Source of the DNA: an uncultured delta proteobacterium
GTDB taxonomy: Bacteria > Desulfobacterota > Desulfomonilia > UBA1062
Assembly (NCBI GenBank): GCA_963752595.1
Contig: CAVVYZ010000005.1
Location: forward strand, 314,751 to 378,750
Reading direction: 5' to 3'
DNA: 64,000 nt
Position numbers and translations under genes: made by a program. The notes beneath the pieces were generated by a model, which was not told the origin of the DNA, ran no database searches, and saw only the letters and a list, made by a program, of their open reading frames with translations. Positions within the stretch are counted from its first letter, which is position 1. Every line of letters begins with the position of its first letter. This document shows, one piece after another, positions 52,703 to 63,145 of the stretch.

Positions 52703-54994
52703 ATGGAAAAATCAATAAGAATCTGTCTTGCGATCCTTATTTCCCTGTCTCTTCTGACAGCCGGATGCAGCAAAAGCCCTGAAGAAAAGAGAGCTGCCTA
52801 CTTGAAAAGCGCAGAGGCCTATGTGGCGCAGGGCAAGTACGCAGAGGCTTCCATACAGTATCAGAACTCCCTTCAGATAGTGCCTGACGATGCGAAAACC
52901 CTTGTCTCTCTAGGTGAGGTCGAGCTCAAGCGCATGCGGGCTGATGAGGCGTATAAGGCATTCTCAAGGGCAGTCAACGTAGACCCCAAGAATTCGAAGG
53001 CTCATGAATATCTTGCATCCATGCTGCTCCTCGCAAAGAAATTCGATAGGGCAGAAAAGGAAGCCTCTACGATACTTAAGTACGAGCCGCAGAATAGGAA
53101 TGCCAAGGAAATGCTCGCCCAGGCCCTTTTCCAGACAGGGAAGCAGCAGGAAGCAGTACGGATCATGGAAGGGCTGTTGAAAAGTCCCAAACCCGAAGAA
53201 TCGACGATTATGAATGCAATGCAGATATATATGGGAACCGACAGAACCGATGATGCTCTGGCGCTCATCTCCAAAGGGTCTGCTCTCTATCCGGCATCTT
53301 CAAAAATCAGGTTCCTTGCCAGTACCATCTATGCTTTCAAAGGTGATGCTGCTCTTGCCCGCAAGTGGGCTGAGGAAGCCTATCAGGTGGATAAAAACAA
53401 CATCGATGCAGGCATCTCTCTTGCCCGCTTCTATGCAAGCTATCACATGGAAGAGCTATTCGCTGCCCACATTTCAGAGCTCAAGAGCAGGTTCCCGAAA
53501 GATCCCAGCCCGTACCTCATTGAATCAGGCATCATGATGCAGAAGAAGGATCTCGACAAGGCCCTCGTTCTGGCCGAAAAGGCAAAGGAACTCAGGGATG
53601 ATACCTTAAGCAAAACCCTTGTGTCTCAGATTCTCATGGGAAAGGGCGACATGAAAAGGGCAGAGAAGATCCTGACAGAGGCAATTGAAAAAGATGCCAA
53701 GGCCATTCCCCCGCGTACACTTCTGGCGCAGATCTATATGCAGGCAGGGAACCCGCAGAAGGTGCTGGATACCCTTGATGTGTTGATCAAGAGTATCCCC
53801 AGGAGGCCTGATATAGCCGTCCCTACCGCCCAGGCGTATCTTATGAAGGGTGATCTCGCCAAGGCACGGGATTTTGTGGAAAAATCCTTGGAAGAATATA
53901 AGAACAATCCTACGCTTCACGCAATGATCGCCAAGATAGATTTTTCCGAAGGAAAATTTAAAGAAGCCCTTGCGGAAGTGGAGTTTCTTGGAAAAAGATC
54001 TTTCACGACCTCTGAAATGCTCTATATCGGCTCCTTATCGGCCCTCAGAACAAATGAAAAGGACAAGGCGGCATCGCTCGTGGAACTCCTGAAGAAAGCA
54101 TCCCCGGAAACATGGCAGGCACTCCATGCACAGAGTCTCCTGGCGTTATCCAAAGCTGATAAACAAGGCGCATATAGTTTTGCGGAAAAAGCTGTCAATC
54201 TCTTTCCTCAGAAACCTCAGGCCCTTGCCCTCTATGCGGGGATAGCGCCGGGTGTGCTGACCAAGGAGGAGGTAATCAAGAAATTTACCGGCCTCTGCTC
54301 CAAGAACAATACGGCCTTCTGTCACATGATTCTCTCACGGTTTCTGGAGGCCTCGGGAAATCTGAACGGGGCGTTGGGCCAGATGAAAGAGGCAATCGGA
54401 CTGGAATCCGAGAATGCCTCCCTTTATCACGCCCTGGCTGGTTTTTATGCCCGGAATAACATGGCGCAGAAAGCGATTAATGAATACGAGACCCTCGTCA
54501 ACAAAAACCCCAATGACATCAGAGCAGCCCTTATGCTGGCCCTTCTCAACCAGAGCCAGGGCAAGATAGCCGATGCCAGGAAGGTCTATTCATACATCCT
54601 CGAACGTGAACCCAAAAATGCCCTGGCAGCAAATAACCTGTCTTGGATATTAGCGGAAAGCGGGAAAGATAGCGACCTGAACGAAGCCTTGAGGCTGGCT
54701 CAGATTGCCAAAGACAAATATCCGGAAGATCCGAGGATTGCAGATACTCTGGGATATATCTACCTGAAGAAAAAGCTTGCCGGAAACGCACTGGCCCAAT
54801 TCCAGCTCGCAATAGAGAAAATGCCCCAAGACCCTACGATCAACTATCATCTGGCCTCTTCACTTGTGGAACTGAGCAGGAATTCGGAAGCCAGGAAATA
54901 TGTTGAGAGCGCTTTGAGCACCAAGTTTCCTTTTACCGAGAGGCAGGATGCCCAGAAACTGCTGGCAAGGATCAATGCGGGCCCGAAAAAGTAA
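52703..54994 (+). CDS. TPR-repeat lipoprotein, PrsT-like
   Basis: Lipobox LTAGC, many TPRs, C-term AANNLSW...ADTLGYIY. Confidence 0.78.
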   Translation: MEKSIRICLAILISLSLLTAGCSKSPEEKRAAYLKSAEAYVAQGKYAEASIQYQNSLQIVPDDAKTLVSLGEVELKRMRADEAYKAFSRAVNVDPKNSKAHEYLASMLLLAKKFDRAEKEASTILKYEPQNRNAKEMLAQALFQTGKQQEAVRIMEGLLKSPKPEESTIMNAMQIYMGTDRTDDALALISKGSALYPASSKIRFLASTIYAFKGDAALARKWAEEAYQVDKNNIDAGISLARFYASYHMEELFAAHISELKSRFPKDPSPYLIESGIMMQKKDLDKALVLAEKAKELRDDTLSKTLVSQILMGKGDMKRAEKILTEAIEKDAKAIPPRTLLAQIYMQAGNPQKVLDTLDVLIKSIPRRPDIAVPTAQAYLMKGDLAKARDFVEKSLEEYKNNPTLHAMIAKIDFSEGKFKEALAEVEFLGKRSFTTSEMLYIGSLSALRTNEKDKAASLVELLKKASPETWQALHAQSLLALSKADKQGAYSFAEKAVNLFPQKPQALALYAGIAPGVLTKEEVIKKFTGLCSKNNTAFCHMILSRFLEASGNLNGALGQMKEAIGLESENASLYHALAGFYARNNMAQKAINEYETLVNKNPNDIRAALMLALLNQSQGKIADARKVYSYILEREPKNALAANNLSWILAESGKDSDLNEALRLAQIAKDKYPEDPRIADTLGYIYLKKKLAGNALAQFQLAIEKMPQDPTINYHLASSLVELSRNSEARKYVESALSTKFPFTERQDAQKLLARINAGPKK

Positions 54995-55031
54995 GAACGG
55001 CAGATGTGGGGTATGGGATCCCGGCCGTCAC

Positions 55032-55721
55032 TCACATGGCGAGGATCCCGACAGCAGTTACGGCTGCGGTATAGGCTCGCAGGGTGGTCTTTCCCATATG
55101 GACAGAGGTGAACCCGGAAACGTGGATCTTTTCCATCTCTTCCGGGGTAAACCCGCCTTCAGGGCCTATGAGGATGCCGGCCTCAGTGACTTTGCAGTCC
55201 TGAATGGATAGCTCCGATTCAAGAGAGGCCACAAGTCTGCACGGCCAGGATGGTGCTGTTTTTATCAGGAACTCATTAAGACTCGAAACCTCGTGGAGTA
55301 GAGGCGTGCTCCTCCGCTGACACTGCTTCATGCCCTCAGAGACAATCTGCCGCCACCGCTTAAGCCTCTTCTCTCCTATTTCACGCACATTTGACCGCCT
55401 GGCGATAAGGGGATGGATCTCAAGAACCCCCAACTCCGTCACCTCTCGGATAAGAAGATCCATGTCTTTTAAATCAATAAGACTCATGCCCAGATGCACG
55501 AGGCGAGAGCCCCTCTCGGACAACTCCTGGGAAAAGAGTATCTCAAGGGATATTTCGCGGGAATTCATGGATACTATTCTCCCCATGTATCCCATTTCAT
55601 GATCCCTTATGGGAAGCTCGTCACCTACCCCTTTACGCAGCGGCCCCATGATGTGATAGACATCTTGGCCGGTGATAACTGCGTGACCGCCGGGGTCTGT
55701 TTCTGCAAAGAACCGAGGCAC
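55032..55721 (-). CDS. rsmE: 16S rRNA m3U1498 methyltransferase
   Basis: MPRFF, TELGV, QCQR, IGPEGGF. Confidence 0.88.
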   Translation of the reverse strand: MPRFFAETDPGGHAVITGQDVYHIMGPLRKGVGDELPIRDHEMGYMGRIVSMNSREISLEILFSQELSERGSRLVHLGMSLIDLKDMDLLIREVTELGVLEIHPLIARRSNVREIGEKRLKRWRQIVSEGMKQCQRRSTPLLHEVSSLNEFLIKTAPSWPCRLVASLESELSIQDCKVTEAGILIGPEGGFTPEEMEKIHVSGFTSVHMGKTTLRAYTAAVTAVGILAM

Positions 55722-55743
55722 TTCTTACTGCTCCTTAAGTAAT

Positions 55744-56745
55744 TTAAATAACAATATTCTTAAGAAATGAAGCCGCATCCTCAGGCATGGTAGCATGCAC
55801 GTACAAGTCGGAGCCCAGCTCCAGCCCGCTCGGGATGCCGATCCTGGGGAGGATTTCCATATGCCAGTGATAGAATTTATCACAGGCACTATCAGAGGGT
55901 GCATTATGCAGGGCATAGTTATACGGCGGCTTATTCAGGGCAAGATCCAGCCTTGAGAGGACCTCTTTGAAAATGACTGCAAGCTCACAAACCTCTTTGG
56001 GTTCGATCTCTTCATACCTGCATGAATGCCTCTTGGGTATGATCCATGTCTCAAACGGCACCCGGGGCGCAAACGGCTCTACCGCGAGAAAGGACCCCGT
56101 CTCAGCAATGATCCGTGCCTCCAGCTGAATTTCCTGTCTGATTATATCACAGTAGATGCACCGTTCCTTGTAATCGAAATGTTTCTGAGCCCCGTGAAGC
56201 TCTTCCACGATGTCCCTCGGCACGACAGGCAAAGCAAGCAGAAGGGAATAAGTATGCTCAAGAGTCGCGCCTGCAGGCTTTCCGCTGTTCTTATAGATGA
56301 GGATATAGCGCATCCTCCTGTCTTTTTTCAGATCGATGATCCTGTCCCGGTATACCCAGAAAAGGTTCTCCAGCTGATCCAGGCTCATATCCGACTGCCT
56401 ATTCCCATGATGGGGGGTCTCGATGATCACTTCATTTGCGCCGACACCGGTTACCTTGTCGTAGATCCCCTCCCCCAGACGCTTCAAATCCTCTTCTACT
56501 ACGAGGAGCGGCGACCTGTTGGGGATAACCCTCAAGTTCCAACGGGGGTCATTGGCAAGGGAATTTCCGGGCCTGTTTGCCAGGATTTCCGGGGGACAGA
56601 GGTGCTCATTTCCCGGACAGAAGGGGCAAAAAGGCTCCCCGCTCTCCTTCAGAATATTATTTCCAGCAATGTCCGGTGATAAGGTGGGGTCTTCGGTTAT
56701 GATCACCCACCTGTCCACCACAGGGTCCTTTCTGAGCTCAGACAT
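55744..56745 (-). CDS. GalT-family (HIT) nucleotidyltransferase homolog with degenerate active-site motif
   Basis: ELRKDP, CPFCPGNE, EVIIETP.H, C.YCD, HWHMEI; HTYSL in place of HPHSQ. Confidence 0.85.
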   Translation of the reverse strand: MSELRKDPVVDRWVIITEDPTLSPDIAGNNILKESGEPFCPFCPGNEHLCPPEILANRPGNSLANDPRWNLRVIPNRSPLLVVEEDLKRLGEGIYDKVTGVGANEVIIETPHHGNRQSDMSLDQLENLFWVYRDRIIDLKKDRRMRYILIYKNSGKPAGATLEHTYSLLLALPVVPRDIVEELHGAQKHFDYKERCIYCDIIRQEIQLEARIIAETGSFLAVEPFAPRVPFETWIIPKRHSCRYEEIEPKEVCELAVIFKEVLSRLDLALNKPPYNYALHNAPSDSACDKFYHWHMEILPRIGIPSGLELGSDLYVHATMPEDAASFLKNIVI

Positions 56746-56747
56746 GT

Positions 56748-58793
56748 TCAACGAACCTCGAGGCTGATCTCGGGTATCTCTCCTTCGAATTTTTTAAGCC
56801 AGTAAATGCTCCAGCCCTGGAAATTTTTCTCAAACCCTTCTTCACTCTGGGAGATACACTCGATCGGCACAATGCAAATATCCCAGGCAGAATCTGATCG
56901 AAGAGAAAGACCCGCTTGCTTCTGATCATCCTTAAGCTCGATGTTTTGCGCGAGGAACCTGCCCCGGTCGTGCTCCATTTCCTTCCCATCTACCAGGGGC
57001 CTCTGGCCGGAAAGAACCATAATGTTGAATTCCAGCCCAAACCATGCATCATCGATCTTGGTATTCATTGTATGGGAGACCCTTATCTGCCCTTGCTTGA
57101 AAAAGCGGTATACTTTTTCGATTTCAAAAGAATCGCAAGCTCCATTGAAAGTTGCAGAAAGGCACTCGTCCGATTCACAATGCGAGGTGAATTCAAAAGC
57201 AAGCTCCGCGGTAAATGACCGGCCGATAAAATTTTTCTTTATGATATCTTCCCATTTTGGCCGGCTATCCAGGCAATGAGTAATGAATGAATACCGCGGA
57301 TAAGCATCGTACAGGAGAAGATTCTTATATTCTTCAGGCGTATCGTGGGAAATATCATGGATTGAGAGCGGCTCCTTCTTACCGGCCTCCTGTGAATTGC
57401 TTTCGGGGTGCTGTATTTTTCTGTGGTAGATCTCCTCGTGCCGCATGAGGACATTTGAGAAATTATACTTCTTTGCTTTATCTTCAATGGCAAAGGCAGA
57501 GGCGGTGTACCGGGGAGAAAGGTAGCAGTTGAACCTCCTGCTCGAGATAAGTATCTCCTCTCTTCCATCGATGTCATAGTCAACCCGTTCCAGCTGCCAG
57601 GATGTGTCGCCGAAGCGTTTCTCATCGATGAGCGATTCTGCAATCAGCAGGTTTTCATATACCGCATGCCTGATTGAGCTTAAGTAGATTCCTCCGAACA
57701 GCCCGTGCCAGTAGGGGCAGTTTGTCTGGGACATCAGGAGATGCCGGAGTGCTTCCGGCGAAGGGCCGAATTCGCGCACCAATTTACCGACCTTCAATCC
57801 TTTCTTGTTCATGAGGTTCGATTCTGGGTACTTTGCCATGAAATTATCCCAGATGCCTCCCCTCAGAAACCCCCGCTGCCGTTCCCACTGCCCTTTGTCT
57901 CTTGCCTCCTTTACAAGGTCCTCATACTGTCTCCCCTTCTCCGCAAAGAGACTCCATTCCATCATTTCCTGGTACGATCCGGTCGGCAGATAGATAAGGC
58001 GGTTCGGAGAAAACTTATCCAACACGTTAGAAAGAGGCACGATCTGCACTTCAGAAGAAACCTTGCGTATCTCATCAAAAAACTTTCTCAGCCAGCCTTC
58101 CTCTATCACCCATTTATACGTTCCCGGCCACATGCCGAATTTTTCCCCGTCATCCCCATAGGTTGCCACCTTGACCCCTTTTCTCTTCAAAGCAAGAAGG
58201 TATTCGACTACTTCATGGGGTTGTCTGAAGGGGATAAGATACCGAAGCTGCATATCGATGGGAAACACCTTCAGGGGACATCCTTCTCTCTCTGTTATAA
58301 AGAAGCCGTGAACATCGTCTGTTGAAAGACCGGCCGAGAGAAAATGGCTGTCGTCGAGAAGGGTATACTCGATACCGGCGCCGGAGATCTTTTTGGGGAT
58401 CCCCGGGTCCCATATCCGTTCTGCACACCACATCCCCCTTGGCCTGGACCCGAAATGATCGTTGAGATACGAGCTCATATACTCGATCTGGTCATGCGCA
58501 TCCGCTTCGGTTATGGCCGGTATGATGGGTTCATAGAACCCACCGCCCATGAGCTCTACCTGTGATCGCTCTACCAGTGTGGTAAGCAGCCTGATAAATT
58601 CCGGTTCGTGATTCTCGAACCATTCCCAGAGAGGGCCGGTGTAGTGGAGCGTCAAGGTGATATCGGGATAATCTGCCAATATGCGCAAGAGCGGGAGGTA
58701 GCAATCCCGCGCACCCTGCTCGAATACACTGTCAAAATTTCCCACAGGCTGATGTGAATGAACGCAAAAGGCCAGATAAATCTTCTCAGACAT
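56748..58793 (-). CDS. GH57 alpha-amylase/4-alpha-glucanotransferase
   Basis: HSHQPVGN, W.AERIW, GDDGEKFG, YWHGLFGG. Confidence 0.88.
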   Translation of the reverse strand: MSEKIYLAFCVHSHQPVGNFDSVFEQGARDCYLPLLRILADYPDITLTLHYTGPLWEWFENHEPEFIRLLTTLVERSQVELMGGGFYEPIIPAITEADAHDQIEYMSSYLNDHFGSRPRGMWCAERIWDPGIPKKISGAGIEYTLLDDSHFLSAGLSTDDVHGFFITEREGCPLKVFPIDMQLRYLIPFRQPHEVVEYLLALKRKGVKVATYGDDGEKFGMWPGTYKWVIEEGWLRKFFDEIRKVSSEVQIVPLSNVLDKFSPNRLIYLPTGSYQEMMEWSLFAEKGRQYEDLVKEARDKGQWERQRGFLRGGIWDNFMAKYPESNLMNKKGLKVGKLVREFGPSPEALRHLLMSQTNCPYWHGLFGGIYLSSIRHAVYENLLIAESLIDEKRFGDTSWQLERVDYDIDGREEILISSRRFNCYLSPRYTASAFAIEDKAKKYNFSNVLMRHEEIYHRKIQHPESNSQEAGKKEPLSIHDISHDTPEEYKNLLLYDAYPRYSFITHCLDSRPKWEDIIKKNFIGRSFTAELAFEFTSHCESDECLSATFNGACDSFEIEKVYRFFKQGQIRVSHTMNTKIDDAWFGLEFNIMVLSGQRPLVDGKEMEHDRGRFLAQNIELKDDQKQAGLSLRSDSAWDICIVPIECISQSEEGFEKNFQGWSIYWLKKFEGEIPEISLEVR

Positions 58794-60912
58794 GCCACAA
58801 TATCCTTTCAAATTTTTCGTCCGGTATGCCAAAGGATAACACGCCTGTGGGAGGATGTCTTTCTATTTCAAGATCTCCTTCCTCAATGGTTGCATAGAAA
58901 CGCATCCTCTGGGAAGAAGAAGCGCACAGTATGGAAAACGGAACTTTGAGCTCATAAATGCTCTGATATGCTATGCTTGAAAGCTCAGCTACTTTCTGCT
59001 TATTTCCATCCACAACGCCATAGACATTCATCACACCGCCCTGCAACTGAATATCCAGGATGAATGGTTCGGGAGACACCACATGGACGCATATGATCCC
59101 ATTCTTTGGAGTACTGGAGAAATCCAGCCGCATGAAGAGATATTCACGGTCGAAGCCGAAATAAAGCCTGTTTAAGAGGGGATGATGCCTGTACATGCTC
59201 GTAGAGGTGCTCGGCGGAACGTAGCATCCTGATTTCATCCACTCATAGTAATGAGATACCTTCCCGTCGATCATGGGATTGACGAATCCCGCAGGGAGAC
59301 GGATGGGAACAACCTCATGGTGAGTAATGATACTTTGAGACAGCTCCGGAGGGGGGACATCCCCATGCAGCCTGTAACAATTCGACAGGTGGGTTCGGAA
59401 AAGGTTATCAAAGGCCTCGTCGTTTCCTGAGCTGAAGTCTTCGCCATACCACCAGAACCAGTCGCTGCCCTCGGCTATCAGAATCTCCTCGCGAGCCAGA
59501 GGATCGGCATTCTCACCTTTCGATTCCACATACCTTCGTGTCCTGGCGAGCTGCTCCCAAGCTTTTCTATCTTCATTATGGCCTATCCAGATGGCAAAGT
59601 TGTGATTAATCCAAGATCCGGTAAAGAGGTTGGTTATGGTCTCATCAGGGGGATTCCTCTCAAGGAAATCACTGTAGCCGGATGTCCTGATCTCAGGCGA
59701 GGAGCTTAATTCATTATATAAACACCGCAGGAAACGCTCACCCCCGTCCGGGTAGTGCTCCCAGGGGTTCTCACCGTCAAGGATAATCGATACAAAAGGC
59801 TCAAAGTCATAGGCTTTTGACGCTTTTGAAATATTTTTCAAGTGATACATGAAGTTATCGGCAGCCTGCGCTGGGGGATTCTTTGCATAGACAAACCCGA
59901 TATGATCGGAGAGAGACCTGTCCCGGAAAAACATGCCGACATCCGAATTTCCATATTCGGCCTTGTAGGGTTTATAGAGCTTCACCCCTGTCCTTGCCTG
60001 GCGCAGGCTGGCAAAAAGAATATCCTCATCCGAGGCGATCCACTGGATGTTATGCGCCGCGAGGAATTCGACCATCTCCGGGCAGACCGATCCCTCGGAA
60101 GGCCACAATCCTTTCGGAGCGTTGCCGAAGAGCTCTTTCTGGTAGTCAACCGCTTTTTCAATGTGCTTATTCAGGTCTTCCGGGTGAGAAAAGGGTTCAC
60201 TCGGCAAAGGTGTATCCATGGATCTTAAGGCATACCCGACGTTCATGACAAGAGGACCGATAGGGTGGTAAAAAGGAGAGGTCGTTATTTCGATCCGCCC
60301 TGATTCATAAGCCTTTTTATAGAGAGGAATGACCTTCCTCATTATCATTATATGGTACTCGAGCAGAAACGTCTTGTCTGATTCGCTATAGGACCTTCCC
60401 TTTCTGATGAGATCCTGGATATTCCTGTCCTTTCTAGCCATGAAGCCTAGCCAGGTGAGGTTAAACAGGACCTGGAGATCAAGAATATCCTGATCCGAGA
60501 ATTTCTTTGCCGCAGCATCGATATTTCCGGACCGTCCTGGACGGCCCCGTTTCTCGAGAAGATTGAGATACCGTGGGAAAGGGGCTATGAGTGTGTTGAT
60601 GTTGCCCATGAAAAACCGTGAGAGAATCTCTTTCTTCTCTTCCAGGGTAAGATCCGACACCCTCTTCTCAGACAGGTAATAGTCGGTATCCCGCAAGCCG
60701 TTGTCAGTATAGTCGGCAATCTGTACAAGCAGTGAGGGAACAAGGTTGAAAGTACAGGTGATCTCCGGATAATCCTCGAGCAGGGCAATCATGTCATAAT
60801 AGCCCCGGACCGAATGCAGCCTCACCCAAGGGAGAAGGTAGGTGCCGGTTAACGGGTCTTTATAGTACGGCTGGTGCATATGCCATAAAAACCCTACCGA
60901 TATTTCCCTCAT
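58786..60912 (-). CDS. GH57 amylopullulanase-type glycoside hydrolase
   Basis: WHMHQP, WPSEGSV, ILDGENPWE, AEGSDWFWW. Confidence 0.9.
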   Translation of the reverse strand: MREISVGFLWHMHQPYYKDPLTGTYLLPWVRLHSVRGYYDMIALLEDYPEITCTFNLVPSLLVQIADYTDNGLRDTDYYLSEKRVSDLTLEEKKEILSRFFMGNINTLIAPFPRYLNLLEKRGRPGRSGNIDAAAKKFSDQDILDLQVLFNLTWLGFMARKDRNIQDLIRKGRSYSESDKTFLLEYHIMIMRKVIPLYKKAYESGRIEITTSPFYHPIGPLVMNVGYALRSMDTPLPSEPFSHPEDLNKHIEKAVDYQKELFGNAPKGLWPSEGSVCPEMVEFLAAHNIQWIASDEDILFASLRQARTGVKLYKPYKAEYGNSDVGMFFRDRSLSDHIGFVYAKNPPAQAADNFMYHLKNISKASKAYDFEPFVSIILDGENPWEHYPDGGERFLRCLYNELSSSPEIRTSGYSDFLERNPPDETITNLFTGSWINHNFAIWIGHNEDRKAWEQLARTRRYVESKGENADPLAREEILIAEGSDWFWWYGEDFSSGNDEAFDNLFRTHLSNCYRLHGDVPPPELSQSIITHHEVVPIRLPAGFVNPMIDGKVSHYYEWMKSGCYVPPSTSTSMYRHHPLLNRLYFGFDREYLFMRLDFSSTPKNGIICVHVVSPEPFILDIQLQGGVMNVYGVVDGNKQKVAELSSIAYQSIYELKVPFSILCASSSQRMRFYATIEEGDLEIERHPPTGVLSFGIPDEKFERILWHV

Positions 60913-61014
60913 ACATATGCTCCAAGTATTGGTGAAGATAAGTTAGCTTAAACAGAGAAGTAACGGAATGCCATAGGAAAATCAATATCACCGAACTAAT
61001 CAATATTTTAGATA

Positions 61015-62708
61015 GTGTCCATCCGGAAACCGGCATTTCTGGAAGAGGAATGGGTTGATAAGCACGGCATATCTCTGCATTTCTTATCTCCTTTTGAAAA
61101 ATACCGGTCCGGATGACTCGATTACCTGATACGTACCCGACAACACCTGATTTTAAACGTAGCTCACCCTTGGTTATAGCGATTGACCTCGGATCGCATC
61201 CCTTCTAAGCCCGTGACAGATTGATCCGGGCAAGCACCAGCAGGTTGTAAGATACAATGCTACTCCATACATATTGCTTGAATCCCTTCCAGCCGGACCA
61301 TGTGCAGCGGTCTAACCCGAAGGCTCTCTTCAGTGTCGAGATGCCGGCTTCGATCCCTGCTCGGAAATTGCGCAGTGCCTTGTACACCCACGCACTCTTT
61401 GCCATATCAAGCACCGACAACCCCCGCTTTTTGGCAAACACCGCGTCCTTTACCTGCTTACCCTTGGCAAATACCAGATTATCATGAGAAGCAAAGCCTC
61501 CATCAGCACTGACCTTCAAGGGCATCCTCCCATACTGAGAAGCATGCCTCTCAAGCAGCGGCTTGTACTTCTCGCTGTCCGCAGGGTTGCCTCGTTCAAT
61601 CATACAGTCAAGGATCAGATTGGAAGATCCGCCGGTCAGAAAAACCTTGTGCCCATACTCGGTATCCCTTCTTCCCTTTACGATAATGTCGGTGTGCTCC
61701 TCAAAGAAGGACACGATCTTCTCCGAGGCAGGAACCTCCTCCCCCCGGATAACCCGGCGCTCCGTCTGATCGATGATCCTCCTCAGAAGACCCACGGCCC
61801 GCTCAAGCTTCAAGGCAAGGTCATGGGCTGCCAACGTGTCCAGGACGTTGCCCCCTTTGAATTCTTCAAGCTCGGGAATCGCTTCCATGGCATACACAAC
61901 CACGCGCTCGGCATAGGCGAGCAAGTCCCGGTAGGCCGCTTCCCGTACCGTGTCCTTCCTGGCATTGAGAATGACTATAACCCGCTTCTTTGCCCCACGC
62001 GTATGATCGGAAAATACATAACCAGGCTGAGGATTGAGCTCTTTACCCTCTGCAAGCATCCGGGTCATGACCCGGATGCCATCCCACAGAAGCGTCGAAT
62101 CCGTCGGATGGTGAATATCCGTCTCCACGACCGTAGAATCAATCCTGATCTTCCTCCCCGTCTCAATACTCTTGCGCTTCGCATAGAGAAGTATCTCCCG
62201 ATGAATCGCTTCCCATGTCTCATCCCCAAGAGACTTGATGTTCTCCTGCAAAACTGACGTGCAGGGATGCTGCCACCTCTCCAAACGGGAAAACTCACGG
62301 AATGACCAGGAATCATCCAGATGATACGAGAGCTCTTCATAGCTGAGTTGACGATACTGCTTCAATATCGCACACCGAAGCACCTGCTCGGCACTCATCC
62401 CTTCTCGACCCGTGTCTGCACGTGCCTCCCTGGTAAGATCCTCATATACAATCTCAACCAACCTCGGGGTCTCATCAAGTACTTTCGATATCTGCTCAAG
62501 TTCTTTCGCTATGGGCTTGCTGCTCGGCGATGTAAAAAGACTCATCTGGGGATTGAATTTCTGTCTCATTTTTCTCATCCTCTTGCTATGATTAATAAGT
62601 ATTATCAACCCTTTACATATTAACCCTAGCAGATTTTACCACAATCCCCAATGAGAAAATGCTCTTTATGCAAATTATTTTAACGGGTTATACTTTCCGG
62701 ATGGACAC
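61015..62708. mobile_element. Complete insertion sequence (1694 bp), ISNCY (ISDol1-like)/IS5-related
   Basis: Perfect 15-bp TIRs GTGTCCATCCGGAAA (61015-61029) and TTTCCGGATGGACAC (62694-62708); 6-bp target duplication TAGATA at 61009-61014 and 62709-62714. Confidence 0.92.
61205..62578 (-). CDS. DDE transposase
   Basis: RIDSTVVETDIHHPTD, ADGGF, FRAGIEAGISTLKR; intact ORF. Confidence 0.92.
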   Translation of the reverse strand: MRKMRQKFNPQMSLFTSPSSKPIAKELEQISKVLDETPRLVEIVYEDLTREARADTGREGMSAEQVLRCAILKQYRQLSYEELSYHLDDSWSFREFSRLERWQHPCTSVLQENIKSLGDETWEAIHREILLYAKRKSIETGRKIRIDSTVVETDIHHPTDSTLLWDGIRVMTRMLAEGKELNPQPGYVFSDHTRGAKKRVIVILNARKDTVREAAYRDLLAYAERVVVYAMEAIPELEEFKGGNVLDTLAAHDLALKLERAVGLLRRIIDQTERRVIRGEEVPASEKIVSFFEEHTDIIVKGRRDTEYGHKVFLTGGSSNLILDCMIERGNPADSEKYKPLLERHASQYGRMPLKVSADGGFASHDNLVFAKGKQVKDAVFAKKRGLSVLDMAKSAWVYKALRNFRAGIEAGISTLKRAFGLDRCTWSGWKGFKQYVWSSIVSYNLLVLARINLSRA

Positions 62709-63145
62709 TAGATAGTAGAATAGTAAAAAAACCTACCATTTATTCGTTGATGATCTTCGTCTAAGTGATATTAGACACTAAATATTTCTCGCCATCCCTA
62801 CCTTTCTAACTTTTTCAGGTTCTCAGAAATTGTAGTTCTAATAATGATATGGTTTATTGACCTGACTGTAAAGAGCTTATAAAGATAAATCCACTACAGT
62901 TAAGCCATCATTCCGACAGACCGGGACAAGATTTAGTTTGTTTTTATTTGCACCGATAAGAAACATACTTATTCGCATAAAGGATGGAAACGATGATCAG
63001 GACTAATGTAGGTAATACTTCCAGGATGACACATTTTCCCTGTAGAAAGACCGCATACCGGCAGACCTGCAAACCGATAATGCAGGAAAACCGGTTAAAT
63101 TTTAGTGAAAAAAGTCCTTGCCCAAATCGTTTTCGGGATAAAAAT

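Noticed and set aside
62772-62780. TAGACACTA resembling a second IS end
   Set aside because: Only a 7-8 bp match in AT-rich DNA, with no partner end.
62715-63145. c-di-GMP riboswitch or other ncRNA upstream of the surface lipoprotein
   Set aside because: No GEMM-type GGCAAA...GAAA...GCAAA architecture found by eye; would need Infernal/Rfam.
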